Part shown: one piece after another, positions 58,249-64,000 of the stretch
Numbering within the stretch: the first letter of the stretch is position 1
Layout of the letters: the number at the start of each line of letters is the position of its first letter
UHGV virus genome: UHGV-0279745
Strand: one strand, 5' to 3'
Length of the DNA stretch: 64,000 nt
Source of the DNA: a virus
Translations under genes and position numbers: made by a program
Notes under the pieces: model-generated
The model's input: the letters and a program-made list of their open reading frames with translations, nothing else
Databases searched by the model: none
What the model was told of the DNA's origin: nothing

Positions 58249-60966
58249 TTAGAGAGTTTCGTCGGTGTTGTCGTCTGTACCGGTATCCGTCCCGTCTGTG
58301 TCTTCAGCAGAAACGTCTTCTTCCGTTGTCGTATCGGTTTCCGTCGTTTCATCATCAGACATGTCCAAGTCTTCATCACCGCCCATATCGTCACCACCTA
58401 AGTCCTCATCGCCCCCTAAGCCACCGTCGTCTTCAGAGCCGCCACCGAAGTCGCTACCCCCGCCGAAGTTATTGGCGTCCTCAGGATTCAGATCAGCCGC
58501 TTTTGCTAAGGTTTCAACTTTACCTGTTGTGCGTTTAGCTAACTGAATCAGCGTCTTCGATGCTGCTGCGATTTCATCAGAAATCATCTTGACGTTTTCA
58601 CCACGTTTATCTTCGTCGTAGATCAAATCAAACAGATCGGTTTCGATACCTTGATTACGCAGCCAGTTACGCGTATAGAACGATTTAATCATCGTCTTGA
58701 GATCATCAGGCTGCATTTCGATACCTTCATTCTGAAGCATATTCGAAATATCGTCGGTAACAACCAGATCCGCCAGTTTCTCAATGAACTCATAGCGTTT
58801 ATCAAACAGATCCGCTTGTGAAGAAGAGGCTGATGTGTCTGGTGGTGGTAAAGTGACCTTCATACCGTTGATGAACTTCGCCAGATACTCCGACGTTTGT
58901 TTGGTCAAGTCTTCACCTGTTACATTAGGATTTTGATTGCGAATATATTCAACAATAATACGAACCAACTCTGCTTGTAATTTAGGAGAGGCTTGCAAAC
59001 TGTTTGTCACGTAGCGTGTTAACGGCGTAGACAGAATTTCTTGTTTCTTCACGATTTGCTGAGTGACCAGCAGTGACTTGGAATAAATCTGCGAAGCAAA
59101 TTCCAGGTTTTCCGGCGTCAAAACAAGATCAGGGTCTACACACGCGATGTGGCAAGTACGACGGAGTAAGTTCTCATCGATTTGTTGATCGGGCACTTTA
59201 TACTCAGGCGTTGTGTCCGAAACTGACACTTTATGACTGGCGTAGTATTCATTACCTGTCACGTTAAATGCAATCCCGGCATTAGCCCCCATTGACCAAG
59301 CGTCATTGATATCACCCCACATCGGTAAACGACGGTTATAGGAGTTGAGGATATCTGATTTAACTTGGTCAACCGTTTTCTGACCGTTCATGTCATCTGG
59401 CGATAACTCAATGTCGTATTGCATGTGACGTGCTGAGTTCAACACTGAAGAGTTCATCGTTGCGAACAACAGCGCCATCCTGACCGTAGAGATGATAAAG
59501 GAACGTTCAGTGATAGACACCCCAATACCATCTTCGTTAAAGTCCGTTGCAAAGTAGCACAAGTTATTAACCGGGATATAGACAACCTGTGTGTGACGTT
59601 TTGCGAGGTGACGTGCCAGCAGAATACGACCGAAAGTTTCGGTAATTTTCATGCTGATTTCAGCTCCACCCAATGCCTGGCTTAACGCACGGGTAAATTC
59701 GTTCTCAGCAATCTCGCTACAACGGGCACTTAAACGGTTGGCGATCTCTGGCGTTATACGAGAGGTATTACCCAAACCCAAATTAGAGCGGTTGATAATA
59801 CTGTCCGTCATGCCATCGTTGTTAAGGTAGTTCATAAAGTTCGCGTCCCCGTAAAGTGAAGAACGTGAGTTGATGAAGTTACCCATATCGTCAATAATGG
59901 TCAGAAACCCAATAGGGTTACGAACGTCGTCGCCGATAACCAACGGTGCGGTAGACTCAGCAGGCAATAGGCATTCGAAATATTCGATTTGGTTGTTTTC
60001 ATTCATCGAAATAATCGGAATATCGCCATAAGTCTGAGTTTTTGGTGTACCTTTGTACGCTTCGTTCAGATCGCCTAAGTTAATGAAGCCTTTTTCAGCC
60101 GCGTCACGCTGACGATCGTTAAACTGTTGATTAACTTCATACGGCGTAGCACCTGTCGGTGTGGCAGGCTTTTCATATGCGGCTTGCTCTAATTGGCCGT
60201 AGAGACCAGTACGTGCGTTCTCATGAGCGATTCGACGATAAGCATGGGGCAGTAACGTGATACGTGGGTTGTCGGTGATCGAGATGTCCATTTCGAACTT
60301 ATCTGAGAACATCTTATCATGGTTACTGAAATTGATTTTCAGTGATTGTGGTCCTTTAACAGGCCCACGGACACGACTCAGAATAGATTCCACACCCACC
60401 CGTTGCCCGTCATCTTGCCCGTTGATTGGACCGAGAATACCGAGCTGTTCTTCGAAATAGGCAGCTTGAGAACGACGTACGGATTCGGTAGCGACTTTGG
60501 CGTCTAAACCGAACAACTGGTCAAAACCGTTGTCCGAGATTATCATCACTGGACTTGCGCCTTTTGTTTTTAACGCGTCGTAAATCCACTGATATAATTT
60601 CTTAGGTAATTGACGTACGTTATCATGATAATCACGCGTTGGTGTCAGTAGGTCATTACGTAAGTCAATTGGAATGTCTGCGATGTTGTCGTAAATCAAC
60701 GTGGTGTTGATTAAGTCTTTTGTCGACAGCAAGCTCGAAGTTGCAATGGTAACAATCGTTTCGAGTTCAGGTAACGCATCAAAGATACGTTCCGCATTTT
60801 TGATAGTACGAATACGCGAACTTACAATTCCTGCAAGTTCCTGACGTGTTGGCGTAGAACCACCCTCGCTACGCGTACCGCGTTGTTGCTGGGGTGCTGG
60901 GCCCGTAGTTTTACGAAGAATTGCAGCTACGGCGGGGTCGCCCGTTAATTTACTAATATCGTCCAT
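58249..60966 (-). CDS. hypothetical large protein with strongly acidic Gly/Asp-rich C-terminal tail (possible virion protein)
   Basis: 905-aa ORF on the minus strand; the last ~70 aa are GGSDFGGGSEDDGG...DETL-type acidic low complexity. Confidence 0.6.
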   Translation of the reverse strand: MDDISKLTGDPAVAAILRKTTGPAPQQQRGTRSEGGSTPTRQELAGIVSSRIRTIKNAERIFDALPELETIVTIATSSLLSTKDLINTTLIYDNIADIPIDLRNDLLTPTRDYHDNVRQLPKKLYQWIYDALKTKGASPVMIISDNGFDQLFGLDAKVATESVRRSQAAYFEEQLGILGPINGQDDGQRVGVESILSRVRGPVKGPQSLKINFSNHDKMFSDKFEMDISITDNPRITLLPHAYRRIAHENARTGLYGQLEQAAYEKPATPTGATPYEVNQQFNDRQRDAAEKGFINLGDLNEAYKGTPKTQTYGDIPIISMNENNQIEYFECLLPAESTAPLVIGDDVRNPIGFLTIIDDMGNFINSRSSLYGDANFMNYLNNDGMTDSIINRSNLGLGNTSRITPEIANRLSARCSEIAENEFTRALSQALGGAEISMKITETFGRILLARHLAKRHTQVVYIPVNNLCYFATDFNEDGIGVSITERSFIISTVRMALLFATMNSSVLNSARHMQYDIELSPDDMNGQKTVDQVKSDILNSYNRRLPMWGDINDAWSMGANAGIAFNVTGNEYYASHKVSVSDTTPEYKVPDQQIDENLLRRTCHIACVDPDLVLTPENLEFASQIYSKSLLVTQQIVKKQEILSTPLTRYVTNSLQASPKLQAELVRIIVEYIRNQNPNVTGEDLTKQTSEYLAKFINGMKVTLPPPDTSASSSQADLFDKRYEFIEKLADLVVTDDISNMLQNEGIEMQPDDLKTMIKSFYTRNWLRNQGIETDLFDLIYDEDKRGENVKMISDEIAAASKTLIQLAKRTTGKVETLAKAADLNPEDANNFGGGSDFGGGSEDDGGLGGDEDLGGDDMGGDEDLDMSDDETTETDTTTEEDVSAEDTDGTDTGTDDNTDETL

Positions 60967-60977
60967 TGGGGTCTCCG

Positions 60978-63161
60978 ATGCAGAGATTTAACATATTTCG
61001 TGATCAGAACATCGCGTTGGCGAAATCGCTGATTATTAAATCAGAATCAATCGCACAACAGATGAATCTGGCAATAACCGAGAACGGCGGTTTCGTTTCC
61101 GATAACCGTAGTACGTGGCGATACTACCTGCATTTAGCAGGACAACGTCACGAAATGGATAAACCCATTTACATCACGTCGCTCGACACGCAAGAGCAGA
61201 TAGAATTAACGACAGCCAACCTGTCCCGTCATAAAAAGACCTCTAACGTTTTTCGTTCGAATGTCGAGTATATCGAGGCGTTGATCGCAACTTATCCCGA
61301 GTACGCGGTTTATATTCGCGGCGTCTTTACGCCAATCGATTTAAACTACGCGTTACGTGTAGACGATTGTTCTATTTTGTACTACGACAGTTCGTTAGTA
61401 GAATCACAAGAGACGTCTTTGATTAGCCGACTGGAAGCGAGGATTCGTGCAGCCCACGTCCGGTACATGGCTGAGGGTTGGAAGGTCCACAACGACGCGT
61501 TTGTGTTAGCTTTCTATTGCATGTTGTTTCCGCAGCTACCAGGCATAATTGGTTATATTCGTTCTTCTTTACAGCATACGACAGAAACACACTCTTTCTT
61601 CGTTACCGAATTTTTAGCTTCGCACCAGGAACTGCATGAGTTTATGCCGTACCTGACTCAGAAACAAAAATTCATTCTTTATCGAAATATTCGATACTGG
61701 GAACGTAACTCAGGGAAAGAGGAGATCTTCGACTGGCAAATCGATGCGCTACTGACAGGCTGGGGAATGCCTGCGGTTGGGTATAATGTTGCGCAGCAGA
61801 TTCACGAACCGAAAGATGATGACGATTCAACCTTAACACCGTTGCCTATCGGTTATCAGCAATCTTTAAACTACACAGAGAAAGACTCTGGACGCGATTT
61901 GGATATTGTTACCACTACGGACATAATCCAAAAAGAGGTGGGGTTAGCGTATAACAACCCGGCGTACGAACCAGAGTACCAAGAAGACTTAGACACGCGA
62001 CTGAGTCTGACACAATACCCCAACTTAACGACGAAGCTCGTAGAAGTAACCGCCGTTGACCCAGAAGCTATTGAGCGTTTTGAATACACACATAACCTCT
62101 TTAATGAATGGGTACATTTGGTAGCGAAAGGAAAGTATAACATCTATCACGAGATTCTTAACCCAACGAACGGCGATACATTAAAGTTAAGTTCGAAAGA
62201 ACTGTTGGCACTGTTTTTGTACGCGGCGTATAAAGGTTACTCCGATGTTGCCCTTGAAGAAATCCCCGTATTTAACGTTTTTGATGTCTTGATTAAACGT
62301 TGGGTGCCCTTCGATGAAATGGAACAACATCTTATCCCGAGTTGGGAACACCGTTTCGACGCACTGATTAACTACTACACCGACACCCACACCGAGGTAG
62401 TTGGGACCATTCTCAGTGCCGACGAACTTTACGATACGATTAATGAAATTATCTTACAGAAGCGACGCCGTTGGCGTTACAGCCAAAACCGCCGTAAGAT
62501 TCCCGATCGTGCCGCGGGCTTAATGCTGTTCGATTACCATTATCGTGATTATCGCTGTGATTTAAAGTTAAAGTATCGTAACTACGACGAGTTCTTTAAG
62601 ACCTTTGGGCTAGACTATACGTTGGTCTCTGCAGAGACGTGGCAAGATATTGCAGTCGATGCATTGAACACCGCAACAAACCTTGAAACGCGTGCAACCA
62701 TTTCGCAATCTGAAATACAGCGCGCGATGGTTCGATTAATGACCACGCTTTCGTCGTATACCGTACATTTTGCTGCACGGATGGGGTCAGATTCTTACGA
62801 CGTTATGGACCCGCTTTGTCCAATCTTAGGGGATATCCCTATGAGTGGGGAGGGTACAGTTACCATCATTGAACCTCTCTTAGGCGTACAGTCAGTTACG
62901 CGACACCAATACATGACGACGGACAAAGTGCTCCCCGCAGCGCCGGTGATTAAAGAGCTGTCCATGCCGCAACACATCAAATTACGGATGAACATTTACA
63001 TGGGTATCCGTGTGAGAGTGAATCAGCAAGTCGTGGTGGATATTAATGAACCGACCACCGGGGTTGTTAAGGTCAAGTCTTCACTTGACGACTGGGCGTT
63101 AAACGAACAGGTGAAAATTAACGATCTCGAAGGGTTTACGTTAGACCAGCTACCTAAGTGA
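60978..63161 (+). CDS. hypothetical protein
   Basis: Start placed at the first ATG (60978); the track's start at 60966 is TTG. Divergent from the minus gene with almost no spacer. Confidence 0.55.
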   Translation: MQRFNIFRDQNIALAKSLIIKSESIAQQMNLAITENGGFVSDNRSTWRYYLHLAGQRHEMDKPIYITSLDTQEQIELTTANLSRHKKTSNVFRSNVEYIEALIATYPEYAVYIRGVFTPIDLNYALRVDDCSILYYDSSLVESQETSLISRLEARIRAAHVRYMAEGWKVHNDAFVLAFYCMLFPQLPGIIGYIRSSLQHTTETHSFFVTEFLASHQELHEFMPYLTQKQKFILYRNIRYWERNSGKEEIFDWQIDALLTGWGMPAVGYNVAQQIHEPKDDDDSTLTPLPIGYQQSLNYTEKDSGRDLDIVTTTDIIQKEVGLAYNNPAYEPEYQEDLDTRLSLTQYPNLTTKLVEVTAVDPEAIERFEYTHNLFNEWVHLVAKGKYNIYHEILNPTNGDTLKLSSKELLALFLYAAYKGYSDVALEEIPVFNVFDVLIKRWVPFDEMEQHLIPSWEHRFDALINYYTDTHTEVVGTILSADELYDTINEIILQKRRRWRYSQNRRKIPDRAAGLMLFDYHYRDYRCDLKLKYRNYDEFFKTFGLDYTLVSAETWQDIAVDALNTATNLETRATISQSEIQRAMVRLMTTLSSYTVHFAARMGSDSYDVMDPLCPILGDIPMSGEGTVTIIEPLLGVQSVTRHQYMTTDKVLPAAPVIKELSMPQHIKLRMNIYMGIRVRVNQQVVVDINEPTTGVVKVKSSLDDWALNEQVKINDLEGFTLDQLPK

Positions 63162-63168
63162 GAGAATC

Positions 63169-63696
63169 ATGGCATATCGTGTCGATTTAACGAAAGCACC
63201 TAAACAAATTTTAGTAGACCGGATTAACTACGTATTTAGTCTATCCTATACTGCTGATAACATCGAGTTTAACGCAAACGGCGTTCAACCACTAACTTTA
63301 GCAGAACGTCAACGTTACGGACTAGAATCAAAGGTTGCTGCCGTCTTCCGTAACGGCGTTGTCGGTAACCAGGAATTCATTTTAACTCGCGTTGATTTGG
63401 CAACGTTCCTGGCCGATGAACCGGTGAGTGTACCGAAAGGCGCAGTAACGTCCAGTGAAGAGTTGGCTGATTATATCGTTGCACAAACAGGGATTGACCT
63501 GCGTGCTGACGACATTATGATTGAGCCGATTTCAGAGGAGCTGGATTCTTATGATGTTCGTCTCGTCCCGAATCATTTGTCTTTTAAAGGAACGATTCCG
63601 GTCGTATTTACTGATTCCACCCCACGCAAATTGGCGTCTCTTGTGACGAAATTAGCGTTGGATGGGTTCCGCCCAGGAGAATTAATCAATGTCTAA
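63169..63696 (+). CDS. hypothetical protein
   Basis: 175-aa ORF with RBS GAGAG. Confidence 0.55.
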   Translation: MAYRVDLTKAPKQILVDRINYVFSLSYTADNIEFNANGVQPLTLAERQRYGLESKVAAVFRNGVVGNQEFILTRVDLATFLADEPVSVPKGAVTSSEELADYIVAQTGIDLRADDIMIEPISEELDSYDVRLVPNHLSFKGTIPVVFTDSTPRKLASLVTKLALDGFRPGELINV

Positions 63697-64000
63697 TGTC
63701 AAAGTTTACGACGGTAAACTCTCGACGGTAACGCTTAATGCGATGCGTTTGGCTACCGCATTAATTACCGGTGCTGACGTGCAATACCCGCAAAAATCCA
63801 CACTGAATGAGTTCTATAAACTCATGCAAACACCAGTGCCGGACGGTAAAGCGCGTCCTCATTTGCAGTACATGGCAATTGGCAACCGTGGCCATATGGT
63901 CGACACCTCTGATGTGGTGGCTGACGTTGTGCCTGTAGGTAAAGAACCTATTGCTTCCGGGATGTTTTCCCGCGTTCCGTTTGTCCTGCGTACAAAAGAC
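63689..64000 (+). CDS. hypothetical protein (3'-partial, continues beyond window)
   Basis: ATG at 63689 with RBS GGAGA; frame open to the window end. Confidence 0.5.
   Translation, partial: MSNVKVYDGKLSTVTLNAMRLATALITGADVQYPQKSTLNEFYKLMQTPVPDGKARPHLQYMAIGNRGHMVDTSDVVADVVPVGKEPIASGMFSRVPFVLRTKD

Noticed and set aside
1-64000. tRNA genes and CRISPR arrays
   Set aside because: No T-arm-like GGTTCGAATCC-type sequence or cloverleaf-compatible region seen in intergenic stretches; no regularly spaced direct repeats. None claimed.

Overview
This window reads as a 64-kb slice of a large (probably jumbo, phiKZ-like) dsDNA phage genome with Enterobacteria-like codon usage. Genes are densely packed, mostly on the + strand, in RBS-coupled arrays separated by GC-stem/T-run terminators; five minus-strand islands interrupt them (10663-10986, 23219-25000, 28582-32834, 48425-49987, 58249-60966). 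From motifs I can read directly, I recognise a split multisubunit RNA polymerase (a beta' N-terminal module carrying the DFDGD catalytic motif, a beta C-terminal module, and a beta' C-terminal module with bridge-helix and trigger-loop signatures), an SbcD/Mre11-like nuclease, an SSB-like protein, an SF2 DExH helicase, a family-B-type DNA polymerase exonuclease module, dihydrofolate reductase, an HExxH protein, a pair of tandem paralogous abundant proteins and a 764-aa very highly codon-optimised protein. Most other ORFs are hypothetical. The most notable finding is that the beta' catalytic-subunit gene appears to be interrupted by an ORF-less group I intron (about 721-1070), supported by P/Q/R/S-like core elements and a frame break with no start signal before DFDGD. 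Also notable are a 27-nt conserved promoter-like element containing TATATTAC at two sites, FG-like Gly/Ser/Phe-rich C-terminal tails on consecutive proteins, and a 40-bp identical segment shared by the tandem paralogs. No CRISPR array, tRNA or rRNA was recognised. All functional calls rest on motif reading by eye, without database searches.
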